Shown here: one piece after another, positions 49,693 to 58,163 of the stretch
How the letters are laid out: every line of letters begins with the position of its first letter
Numbering within the stretch: the stretch's first letter is position 1
NCBI GenBank assembly: GCA_903936565.1
Contig: CAIZVZ010000009.1
Coordinates: 44,840 to 108,839, forward strand
Length of the DNA stretch: 64,000 bases
Direction of reading: 5' to 3'
Origin: an uncultured bacterium
Lineage (GTDB): Bacteria; Patescibacteriota; Minisyncoccia; Phycocordibacterales; CAIZLB01
Position numbers and translations under genes: made by a program
Notes under the pieces: model-generated
The model's database searches: none
What the model saw: the letters and a program-made list of their open reading frames with translations, nothing else
Told to the model about the DNA's origin: nothing

Positions 49693-49779
49693 CGGAGAGA
49701 GAGGGATTTGAACCCTCGATGAGGTTTCCCCCATGCCGCTTTTCGAGAGCGGTGCCTTCAACCACTCAGCCATCTCTCC
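49693..49779 (-). tRNA. tRNA-Ser (CGA)
   Basis: Minus strand. Acceptor ggagaga/tctctcc, anticodon stem ccgct/agcgg with loop cuCGAaa, long variable arm, discriminator G. Confidence 0.85.
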
Positions 49780-49950
49780 AATGTTGAAACAACCATGAAA
49801 GCATACCATTAACACTGTATATGTGGCAATTTTTAACCAAATTTTAGCAAAATTCGGCCTGTTTTTTGATTTTTTTTGAAAATATGTTATATTCTTCATA
49901 TTGCTTTCATCTCTGATTATAGGCAATAAATTCAGGTATTTAGCCAGCAT

Positions 49951-50022
49951 GGCCCTATCGTCTATCGGTTAGGACGAAAGCTTTTCAAGCTTTAAAGCCG
50001 GGTTCGACTCCCGGTAGGGTCA
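49951..50022 (+). tRNA. tRNA-Glu (TTC)
   Basis: Acceptor ggcccta/tagggtc, Glu-type D-arm tcgtctatcggttaggacg, anticodon stem aaagc/gcttt with loop uuUUCaa. Confidence 0.85.
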
Positions 50023-50159
50023 CAAAATTTAACGAACGGAGTGAGTATAAATTTGTGATGCAGCGGTACTTTATATTTTCGAGCTTTGCGAAGAAAATAT
50101 TCTAGTACCGGCTGCGCACTGAATTTTCCATGCATATTAAGTAATGATATAATCACATT

Positions 50160-50669
50160 ATGCAAACAATAAACCCAAATACACTCAACGGAATTGATCA
50201 GGAATACATTCCAGAAAAACCATTAAGTGAATACGAGCCAAGATTAACAGCGAGAGTATTCGTAATTGATTCAGAAAACAATATTGGATTAATAAGACAC
50301 CCTCCATCCAACATGCTCTTTCCACCAGGTGGCGGTGCAGAAAAAGGAGAAACTGTTTTCGAAGCTTCAACAAGAGAAGTGGCAGAAGAACTTGGTGTTG
50401 TGTGTACCCCAGTTGAGGACTTGGGAATCTTGGAGCATTACCATGACAAATGGATGAAGAAGTTTATAATTCATCACGTGTATGCAACCACGGACAAACA
50501 ATCTATAGAAGTGGATCTCGTAGACTATGATACTAATCTAGAAAGAGTCTGGGTGAGTATTGAAGAATATAGGAACATACTGGATAACTATCTCAAAAAT
50601 GAAAAACCTGATGATGTCTGGGCAAAAGCAATTTTATATTTCTTAGATGCATTTTCTTCCCATAAATAA
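50160..50669 (+). CDS. NUDIX hydrolase
   Basis: Canonical Nudix box GGGAEKGETVFEASTREVAEELGV. Confidence 0.8.
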   Translation: MQTINPNTLNGIDQEYIPEKPLSEYEPRLTARVFVIDSENNIGLIRHPPSNMLFPPGGGAEKGETVFEASTREVAEELGVVCTPVEDLGILEHYHDKWMKKFIIHHVYATTDKQSIEVDLVDYDTNLERVWVSIEEYRNILDNYLKNEKPDDVWAKAILYFLDAFSSHK

Positions 50670-50745
50670 AACGGGTAATGACAAAAAAATAAACTAACGA
50701 GTAGGATATCTGCTCGTTAGTTTATTTTAATCTAAGTTATACTCT

Positions 50746-52179
50746 CTACTTTATAGTAAAATAACCCTCGCTATCCGCGGATATTTTAGCGCCATCGAAA
50801 TCAATAATTCTTATTGAATAATCAGAACCACTAGGCAAAGTTGTTGGTATTTTCCAATCAAAATGATTCTCATTAGCATTTACACGTAATACAATCGACG
50901 CCTCACTAGAATCAAATGAAGAATCTGGATTGTGATATGTATCACTTCCCTTTCTTAATTTAATATATAGATTAGCAATACCTGGGGCATACCAACTTAT
51001 CCTATAAGTCGATCCTTTTTCGACAACTAATCCCGCCTTTGGATAAACAACCTTAATGTAAGGGTCTGACGTACTAACATACTTTGAAGAAACTTTAAAG
51101 TATGTATCGCTGTAATCATAATAGTATTTCACCCCCTTATCTGGTCCATCAGAACGAGTGTATGATACCAACATTCTATACGCTCCATCGGGCAAATCTG
51201 TTGGAACTTTCCATTGATACCCAGATGACACAAAGCCAATTGACTTTATTGCATTTGATTCAATAATTCCACCATTAACAACACCCTTTTGATAATTTTC
51301 TTCACTAATTAGGCTCACAGACGCTTTGTCGCCCTGAGAACCAATTGACCAAGTCCAATTTAGTGTATAGGTTTCTCCTTTAGTAAAATACTCACCTCCA
51401 TTTGGATAAATCACTGCAACATATTTTGTTGCCACTGGCACCACTACGGGCACTGGAGAAACCGTAACGACACCATCTGCGTTTATCACAGCTCGTAGTG
51501 CTGGGCCAAAGAATCCATCGGCTGGCGCAATACCTTTAGCTGTTTGATACTTAATAAGCGCATCTCTAGTCATTTCTCCAAAGTAGCTATTTAAGTAATT
51601 ACCCAAAATAAAACCCTTGGCATTTAGAAAGCACTTCAACCTAAGAACGTCATCACCATAATCTCCAATCTTTAAATTTCCAGTAAAAACGTGGGGCATA
51701 TTTGATGTACACGCTTGAAGATTTGTTGTCTCACTCGCTAGATTAGCTGGTGCTGAAATAATAACTGACGAGCTTGAAGTCGGAGTTACTGGAATATAGG
51801 TAGGTGGTGTTGGAATTGGGTTTTGAGTTATCACCCCTGAACAAGTTTGATTCTTGATCTTTTCTCTAGTTATTGGTCCAACATAGCCAGTTGGACTGAT
51901 ATTATTTTCCTGTTGAAACTTTTTAACCGCCTTAGTAGTCATAAGCCCAAAAAATCCAACTGGATTTGAATTGAGATACCCTGAGGTTTGTAAAAAATCC
52001 TGCAAAACTGACACTTCCCCATCTGTTTTTACATCAGTTGATTTGTATCTCAAATTATTAACAATGGTCACACAAGTTGAATCACCCTGTGGATCAATAT
52101 CCCCAACTTGTGCAAATCCAACTGTTGGAATTATTAATACGAGAATAGCAAAAAATGACCAAAATATTTTCTTATTCAT
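50746..52179 (-). CDS. secreted protein with two peptidoglycan-binding (PG_binding_1) domains and C-terminal beta-rich repeats
   Basis: Signal peptide. Two copies of D..V..LQ/K.FL...G......G.FG..T..A...FQ...G....G..GP. Confidence 0.6.
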   Translation of the reverse strand: MNKKIFWSFFAILVLIIPTVGFAQVGDIDPQGDSTCVTIVNNLRYKSTDVKTDGEVSVLQDFLQTSGYLNSNPVGFFGLMTTKAVKKFQQENNISPTGYVGPITREKIKNQTCSGVITQNPIPTPPTYIPVTPTSSSSVIISAPANLASETTNLQACTSNMPHVFTGNLKIGDYGDDVLRLKCFLNAKGFILGNYLNSYFGEMTRDALIKYQTAKGIAPADGFFGPALRAVINADGVVTVSPVPVVVPVATKYVAVIYPNGGEYFTKGETYTLNWTWSIGSQGDKASVSLISEENYQKGVVNGGIIESNAIKSIGFVSSGYQWKVPTDLPDGAYRMLVSYTRSDGPDKGVKYYYDYSDTYFKVSSKYVSTSDPYIKVVYPKAGLVVEKGSTYRISWYAPGIANLYIKLRKGSDTYHNPDSSFDSSEASIVLRVNANENHFDWKIPTTLPSGSDYSIRIIDFDGAKISADSEGYFTIK

Positions 52180-52280
52180 TTATTTAATTTATATTGTTAT
52201 GAAATAATAATACCATACCTAACACCTTACACATACAAACTTAACAACAGCCATCAAATTAGCTATACTTATAATCATAT

Positions 52281-52607
52281 ATGCATATAATACCCATACT
52301 CATCTTATTTGTAAGTGGAGCAATACTAACAGCCGGAGATTTAATTTTTAGAACATGGGTGGAAAAGGGATCGAATATGCACTCTATAATATATGTAGTT
52401 GGTATTTTTACATATCTAGTGGGTACAATGTTATTAGTTGAAAGCTATAAACATGATATAAACATAGTTTCTGCAGGAATAATACAAATATTATTTAACA
52501 CAATAATATTGGTTGTATTTACATATTTTTATTTCCACGAACCATTAACCGTTGTCCAAATCATTGGATTAGTACTTGGTCTCATTTCAATCTACCTAAT
52601 AGGTTAA
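52281..52607 (+). CDS. small 4-TM DMT/SMR-like membrane protein (108 aa)
   Basis: Four hydrophobic helices and SMR-like size. The TM1 glutamate typical of EmrE is not obvious. Confidence 0.4.
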   Translation: MHIIPILILFVSGAILTAGDLIFRTWVEKGSNMHSIIYVVGIFTYLVGTMLLVESYKHDINIVSAGIIQILFNTIILVVFTYFYFHEPLTVVQIIGLVLGLISIYLIG

Positions 52608-52673
52608 TACATTCATGAAGCTCAGAACATACACGCTGTTATCTTTTGGAAAAAGTTTATAATAAAAAATGAC

Positions 52674-52712
52674 CCCCGCCAGATGAATCTGAGCGGGGGC
52701 CGTGGTTTTAGA
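52674..52712. terminator. bidirectional terminator hairpin (cccccgccagatgaatctgagcggggg)
   Basis: On the minus strand the stem is followed by cattttttatta. It ends the Ter-island operon and abuts the SMR-like gene. Confidence 0.55.
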
Positions 52713-52749
52713 AGACTAGCTCTTGGCTTTTGAGGCCGTAAGTTTTGCC

Positions 52750-53541
52750 TTATTTCTTCAACCACTCGAGCAATTCGTCACCAATCAATTGCTCGTTGAC
52801 TTCCTCGTCCGTCATGTGCACGAACTTTTCGATGTCCCGGATAACGACCAGTCCGACATTCGGGAACTCGTCGCCGAGCTGCTCGATGTAGCGGAATGTG
52901 CTTGGCTGGTTTGAACAGCCAATGAACAGGTAGTAAACCTGGTCACCACGCTCCGCGGATTCCCGCAGTAAGCGACGTGTCGGTTCCTTGTCGTCACCAT
53001 TGTTGTCGCCGTCGGTGACGTGGATGACGAGTGCGCGTTTCTTGGTTTGCGTAGTCGTAACGACCGGCTCAGCGACAGGTTTTGCCCCGCCACCAAATAG
53101 CCGGCCGAGCATTCCACCACCCTGCGGTTTAGCAACGGTTTGATTGCCGCAGCCATAGCCGAAGTGTGCCAAGTTTTTGCGCAGGACGTGTGCATAGTCT
53201 GTACCGCCATTGTAGCCGGGGACTTTGTTGATGATGCACCGGGCGATGTAACCGTCATGGTCATTCTCCGTGATTTCACCCACGTAGTAAGCATGACTGG
53301 CCCCATCACTGAACGTGAACACGTCCATCTTCTTGTCGGGATCAAAGACCATCCCCCAAGGCACGAGCCGAGTGAGAAGTCCTTGAGTGAGGCCGTCTTG
53401 ATGTTCATCCCGGAAGCTCCCACTGACGTCCAAGTTGAACGCCAATTCCATTGGAGGCGGAATGTTGATGCCACGCTTCTGGAGCGAGAGGACAAGGCCA
53501 GCTGCTGCTTTGGTGAGGTTGAGTTGTAATGGTTGTTTCAC
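52750..53541 (-). CDS. von Willebrand factor A domain protein (TerY-like)
   Basis: MIDAS-like LDVSGSF motif and downstream HVTDGDNNGD. Last gene of the ter operon. Confidence 0.65.
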   Translation of the reverse strand: MKQPLQLNLTKAAAGLVLSLQKRGINIPPPMELAFNLDVSGSFRDEHQDGLTQGLLTRLVPWGMVFDPDKKMDVFTFSDGASHAYYVGEITENDHDGYIARCIINKVPGYNGGTDYAHVLRKNLAHFGYGCGNQTVAKPQGGGMLGRLFGGGAKPVAEPVVTTTQTKKRALVIHVTDGDNNGDDKEPTRRLLRESAERGDQVYYLFIGCSNQPSTFRYIEQLGDEFPNVGLVVIRDIEKFVHMTDEEVNEQLIGDELLEWLKK

Positions 53542-53556
53542 TTGTCTATTTGCTTT

Positions 53557-54609
53557 CTATTGTCTTAGTTGTTGTTTTAGCGAGTTGAGTATCCGACTGG
53601 TTTCGCCAATTTCAGTCGGGTTTGTTTGTTTGCTACCATGACGCCCTTTTAAGTTGGCGACACTTTCCATCCAAACAGGCAATGTATTGAACACGACCTG
53701 CTGAATGATAGTTGTCATTCTCATGGGTTGCTCGATTTGGTTATCCCTCGAGAAGGAGCCTGAGCGGATTTGCCCAAGTGTAAGAGTGAGACTAGCAGCG
53801 CGGTCTTCCAACCGCTGTGCTAAATCCTCTCTTGAAATGTTTCTGAAGTAATCCGCAACGACCAAGGCCGCTGTGAGACCTGCTTCAACGTCGTCGCTGA
53901 GTTCAGCTAGAGTTCTTGAGTTTCCTTCCAAACTTTTGCTTAAATCAACGAGTGAAGATATACAATCGCGCATCAACAGAGTGAGCTGATCAATTTCCCT
54001 CAATGCTTCTTCCAGTGATGGAAGTGTGTCGATTTCTGGTGTGGCCGCCCGCATTATCTTCGCGAACAATCCAGCACCTTTTTCAAACACCTTTTCAAGT
54101 CTGATGCTGCTGAGAATTTCCATCATCCTATTTATGTACGAAGTACTTTTTTGAATGACTTCTGATCCGAGCAGCTTTAGAGTTTCCGTGACCAGGTTGT
54201 TGTGCTTTTCCTGAAGGTGTTGCCCCCAAGTAATCACGTCAACCTGATCAAGTTCGTCTTGTCTAGTGGCTTCGACAATTCTAACCACCGCATCCAAGAC
54301 TGGCTCTTTCAAATTTGGAAATTTTATTTTGAGACCCTCTCGCTTTACTGGAATGCGCTTTCGCACGGAACCAGGAATGGCGGAGGGGGTCTGAACGAGA
54401 TTGATCTCAGGTTTTTTGACGACCTGCTCTGCAGCTTTTGTAGCTTGCGCATCACCATATTCATCTCCACCAATAACCGTAGGCTTTGCTTGTGCCGAAG
54501 TGGCAGCGCCACCCATGGTTGTCGGAGTGATTTTTGTGATTGGAGGTACGGCGCACTGAGCACTGTCACCAACAACACCATTACCAATAACAGTCGGTTT
54601 CATTTTCAT
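53557..54609 (-). CDS. TelA-like protein, diverged paralog
   Basis: 350 aa helical protein. Its N-terminus MKMKPTVIGNG...KPTVIGG parallels MKPTTMGAPTVIG of the TelA at 55522. Preceded by the same leader repeat. Confidence 0.5.
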   Translation of the reverse strand: MKMKPTVIGNGVVGDSAQCAVPPITKITPTTMGGAATSAQAKPTVIGGDEYGDAQATKAAEQVVKKPEINLVQTPSAIPGSVRKRIPVKREGLKIKFPNLKEPVLDAVVRIVEATRQDELDQVDVITWGQHLQEKHNNLVTETLKLLGSEVIQKSTSYINRMMEILSSIRLEKVFEKGAGLFAKIMRAATPEIDTLPSLEEALREIDQLTLLMRDCISSLVDLSKSLEGNSRTLAELSDDVEAGLTAALVVADYFRNISREDLAQRLEDRAASLTLTLGQIRSGSFSRDNQIEQPMRMTTIIQQVVFNTLPVWMESVANLKGRHGSKQTNPTEIGETSRILNSLKQQLRQ

Positions 54610-54647
54610 TTCTTGTGGTTGAAGTTTTCAAAGTGCTATGTAGGAAT

Positions 54648-54790
54648 TTCCTCGGACCAAAATTACGTCCTTCTCCCCACTAGATTCCAAACACCGTGTT
54701 TTGAATCTAGATGAGGAGGGCAACATTAATGGAGTTGCCCGTGAACCTGTGGTGGTTCCCAGCAAGAGAAAAGTTCTTGCTACTTGTTTC
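54648..54790 (-). repeat. about 130-140 bp conserved structured leader, copy 1 (upstream of the TelA-like gene)
   Basis: About 95% identical to 56786-56915. Contains hairpins ctagattccaaacaccgtgttttgaatctag and gggcaac...gttgccc. Confidence 0.7.
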
Positions 54791-54813
54791 TAATTGATCA
54801 AAACGGGTGGGTG

Positions 54814-55419
54814 TTATGAGAAGTACCCCAACACAGCGTTGAAGTCACCCATAAACCCGGAGCCGACCGGAGCGTACTCCCAACCCTTGTCGCTGCGAAT
54901 CAAGCTGCCCATCTGGACCGCATTAAACGCAGCAAATTCGTTGGTAAGTTGATACTCGCCGAGCACCTTGCCCTCGTCGTCCTTTATGGTGATCGATGCG
55001 GATTTGACACCAGCAAAGGTTGCACCACCGTGGACTGTGACGAAGATTGGGATTTCGTTGACTTCGCTTCCAACCTTGTCACCAAAGATAGTGATCAGTT
55101 CATCGATGTCCGTCGTAACACCAGTGCGTGCGTCACCCGAGTGAGTGAGTGCACCGCAAGGTGTGGAGAACGACCTGTCTTGATTCGTGACCAGCATCCC
55201 GTTGGGATTGGTACTTTTTGCGTTGTAGGTGCTGAGCACCTGGGCAAAGTCATTGACCTTTGCCCCGTTACCACCGTTGGTGGCGAGCAGCGCATGTGCA
55301 TCCACGTCGTGCGTGCTGTCCCAGCGAAGCTCCACCGTGAAGCGGGCGCCTTTGTTGAGTGACAGTTGCAGTTTCTGGACGACATCACCTGGTTTTGCTA
55401 ATGGAAGTGCCAATGGCAT
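54814..55419 (-). CDS. terD: TerD-family stress protein
   Basis: LRWDSTHDVDAHALL, CGALTHSGDARTG and DDEGKVLGEYQLTNEFAAFNAVQMGSLIR..GWEYAPVGSGF match TerD/CABP signatures. Start placed at MPLALPLAK instead of the ORF-track start at 55491. Confidence 0.8.
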   Translation of the reverse strand: MPLALPLAKPGDVVQKLQLSLNKGARFTVELRWDSTHDVDAHALLATNGGNGAKVNDFAQVLSTYNAKSTNPNGMLVTNQDRSFSTPCGALTHSGDARTGVTTDIDELITIFGDKVGSEVNEIPIFVTVHGGATFAGVKSASITIKDDEGKVLGEYQLTNEFAAFNAVQMGSLIRSDKGWEYAPVGSGFMGDFNAVLGYFS

Positions 55420-55476
55420 ATTTTTGTTTTTTCTTTGTTTCTGATTGTTGTTGTTTGTCGTGCGGTTTGGTTTCTC

Positions 55477-55504
55477 CCCGCGGGCGCGCACGCGCCCGCG
55501 GGGA
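55477..55504. promoter_or_regulatory. perfect 28 bp GC palindrome (ccccgcgggcgcgcacgcgcccgcgggg) in the telA-terD intergenic region
   Basis: Arms of 13-14 bp, entirely G/C. No T-tract. Confidence 0.4.
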
Positions 55505-55521
55505 TTCCCTTGACCTTCTGC

Positions 55522-56718
55522 TTACGCTTTAGGTTTCGAGGAAAGTTGTGCGAGCTCGCCACGCGCTTCGGCAAACATGCCACGCGCAGTGTCAAACTTT
55601 TTGAGATTTTCTGTTCTTGCTGTGTCGACCAACGCTTGAACCTCACCAGTTAAGGCAATAAGTTCTTGGAGTTGGTTCGCCTGTTGAAGCCTGTTGTCCC
55701 CCGGAGCGTTTGCCGCCGTGGTAACAACCTCCCTCATGAGAGTTCCGCGGATTTGTCCCAGCTGCCGATCGAGATCAGCTTGCTTTGCAGCTAGCTGTTG
55801 CACACCCTTGACCTGCATTGCTCCATGAAGAGCGATCAAGGTTGTTTTGATGGAACTGAAACGTGTTGTCGCGGTTGTCGCGGTTTCTTGCAGAGTTTGA
55901 ACCCCAGCCGCCTCGACCTGTTGAATGACCAACTGATCTGCAGGCAACCTGGAGAAAACACCTTCAAGTGCCAAAGCCCGAGATTCCAAAAGTTGAAGTT
56001 TGTTCTCCGCTTCTTGTAGATCAGACTGTGCCAACACACTATTCGCGTCCAACCTCGCCCGTCCAACCTCGGCTCGCGCCGACTCGAGAAACTTGTGAGC
56101 CACTACAGCAACAACTGCGAAGTCATTGATATGTTGACGATAAGTCCCTTTAAGCTGATTGAAACGCTGAAGTTCACGGAGGAGTTCATCCAAAGCTTGC
56201 GCCAATTCCTTCTCGAGGTTTTTCATCACCCCCATTAGGTCTTGAGTACGGCCCGAGACTAATTCACATACAGCTTCGTGTGCAGTATGAGCTGCATCCG
56301 CAACCGCACGCTTACTCATAAAGCCAAGGACTCTCGCCTTGAACCCCAGTTTTCCCGATTGAATCTGCTTGAGCAGATCGGGAAGTTTTGCATCCTCAAC
56401 ACCGCTTTGCAGGCGGTCAAAGAGTGCAAAAAGTTTCGGGTTTCTAGCGCGTTCGATCCCTGACAAGAACCCATCAAGGGTCTCGGTAAGTGCAATTTCA
56501 GCACCGTGTCCAATCATCAGAATGTCCCCCGACGTGATGTCAGAAAACCTCAGACCACTGAGCATAGCTTCCGCAGTTGGAATTTGCTCCGGCAACAGCG
56601 CGATTTGTCCCGCATTACCCGCAAGGGCAACACTGAAGTCCGTCGCTTGTTGAGGAACCATTCCACTACCAGTTGATGCACCAATTACGGTCGGTGCCCC
56701 CATCGTTGTCGGTTTCAT
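55522..56718 (-). CDS. telA: TelA (toxic anion resistance / KlaA family) protein
   Basis: 398 aa, largely alpha-helical/coiled-coil, size and composition typical of TelA. Sits between TerC and TerD. Confidence 0.6.
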   Translation of the reverse strand: MKPTTMGAPTVIGASTGSGMVPQQATDFSVALAGNAGQIALLPEQIPTAEAMLSGLRFSDITSGDILMIGHGAEIALTETLDGFLSGIERARNPKLFALFDRLQSGVEDAKLPDLLKQIQSGKLGFKARVLGFMSKRAVADAAHTAHEAVCELVSGRTQDLMGVMKNLEKELAQALDELLRELQRFNQLKGTYRQHINDFAVVAVVAHKFLESARAEVGRARLDANSVLAQSDLQEAENKLQLLESRALALEGVFSRLPADQLVIQQVEAAGVQTLQETATTATTRFSSIKTTLIALHGAMQVKGVQQLAAKQADLDRQLGQIRGTLMREVVTTAANAPGDNRLQQANQLQELIALTGEVQALVDTARTENLKKFDTARGMFAEARGELAQLSSKPKA

Positions 56719-56785
56719 GTTTGTTCTCTCTGTATCTAGGGCTATGTACCCCGTTTTGATTTTAGTTGTGAATGAGCATAGAGAT

Positions 56786-56915
56786 TTCTTCGGACCAAAT
56801 TACGTCCTTCTCCCTACTAGATTCCAAACACCGTGTTTTAAATCTAGATGAGGAGGGCAACATTAATGGAGTTGCCCGTGAACCTGTGGTGGTTCCCAGC
56901 AAGAGAAAAGTTCTT
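56786..56915 (-). repeat. conserved structured leader, copy 2 (upstream of telA)
   Basis: Near-identical to 54648-54790. Confidence 0.7.
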
Positions 56916-56960
56916 GCTACTTGTCTGAATCCCTAACCCCCTTGGGTCGGCGCCCCGCTG

Positions 56961-57809
56961 TTAGCAGAACAAATTGGTCTTCACAACCTTGAATATAATT
57001 CTCCCACCGTTCAGACTCCACCTAATAGGAATCGTCACGACATAAAAAAGTTTATCCAAGATCACTACAAACTTTTGTCCTACAACAAGCACCGGCTTAA
57101 GCACCTTTCGTCCAATTCGCGACTCCGCATACCATAAGCTGCACAAAGTGATTACCACGATGCCAACAAACTTGTGTACGGAGTTGATGTGAAAATGAAT
57201 TTGAAAGTGTTCAAGCGACAGTTCAACCAACAGAATGAACCCAACAAAGCCAACTAGCATGAAAGCCGTCTTCTGCAAAATCGGAAATCTTTCAATCAGC
57301 TTGATGCAGTAACCTGCAACGAATCGCAGCGCCAGAATGCCAATGAAGACACCGAGGCATACGACCCACAAGCGCTTGTCCAGCGCGACGGCCGCCACTA
57401 CGTTATCCAGCGACAACGAGAGGTCCATGATTTCGATTTGTATTACTGTTGCGACCAGGCTTTTGTAAACCTTAGCCGAGCCGCTTTCATGGATCTCCTC
57501 CTCTGTTTTGCCAGAGAGATGTTCCACCATGAGATAGACTAGGTACAACGCACCAAATATCTTCAACCACGGATTCGAGGCGATAAACGCCACAAGCGCC
57601 AAAGCTAGACCACGAAACGCGTACGCCCCAATGATACCCAACCTCAACGCCTGCTTCTGTTGCTTCTTTGGCAGATCGCTTGCCATCGCGGCAATCGCCA
57701 TCGCGTTATCGACGGAGAGCAAGCCCTCAATCAAGATAAGCGATAATATTACGGGGATTGCTGTACTGAATTCACTCAGAGTGGGCAATTGTGAGAACAC
57801 GGCAGTCAT
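56961..57809 (-). CDS. terC: TerC-family integral membrane protein
   Basis: Two LSxDN repeats (LSVDNAMAIAAMA and LSLDNVVAAVAL). About 7 TM helices. Confidence 0.8.
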   Translation of the reverse strand: MTAVFSQLPTLSEFSTAIPVILSLILIEGLLSVDNAMAIAAMASDLPKKQQKQALRLGIIGAYAFRGLALALVAFIASNPWLKIFGALYLVYLMVEHLSGKTEEEIHESGSAKVYKSLVATVIQIEIMDLSLSLDNVVAAVALDKRLWVVCLGVFIGILALRFVAGYCIKLIERFPILQKTAFMLVGFVGFILLVELSLEHFQIHFHINSVHKFVGIVVITLCSLWYAESRIGRKVLKPVLVVGQKFVVILDKLFYVVTIPIRWSLNGGRIIFKVVKTNLFC

Positions 57810-58163
57810 TTCTATTTTCTTTATTTGTTGTTTCTGTTTTCTCTACAAATTACCAGTCTTCCGAGACTAGATTTGTTAGAGTATGAAATCTGCAGAATCA
57901 AATGCCGTGCACATTTGAAATACAGACTTCATGCTCTAACAAATCCTTAAGGTTTTAAATGAGCTCTATGAATTAACTTGACATACTGTATATTTCTGGT
58001 GCTAATGATAATCCGTTTCGCAAAGTTGTCAATATTTATTAGACGTTCAGAGGGCTATAAATCTATCTTTTTCTGGATGAATCTTTACAAGATACAATAA
58101 AGGCTTAAAATATACTAATCTGGAATAATTGCTTTTGTGATACGTCTAGTTTTAATTAGACGT

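Larger units (their letters stand above)
52713..57860 (-). other. GC-rich (~52-58% GC) horizontally acquired Ter-type stress-response island (TerC, TelA, TerD, TelA-like, vWA)
   Basis: Abrupt compositional shift against the ~36% GC flanks. All five genes are co-oriented. Bounded by a terminator at 52674-52712 and an inverted repeat at 57862-57935. Confidence 0.6.

Noticed and set aside
49675-49950. 91 aa minus-strand ORF
   Set aside because: Overlaps tRNA-Ser (49693-49779). Its translation even spells the tRNA sequence.
52812-53495. 227 aa alternative-frame ORF inside the vWA gene
   Set aside because: High-GC regions generate long spurious ORFs. The vWA frame has the recognisable MIDAS motif. 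This one is Ser/Thr/Arg-rich low complexity.
54949-55653. Several plus- and minus-strand ORFs overlapping terD/telA (54949-55362, 55095-55388, 55229-55444, 55398-55646, 55435-55653)
   Set aside because: Alternative frames in the GC-rich island. The TerD and TelA frames carry the family signatures.
52713-57860. Calling the Ter island a defined mobile element (ICE, transposon or prophage)
   Set aside because: No integrase, transposase, direct-repeat att sites or phage genes are visible. Only compositional evidence for HGT exists, so it is annotated as a genomic island of unknown mobility.
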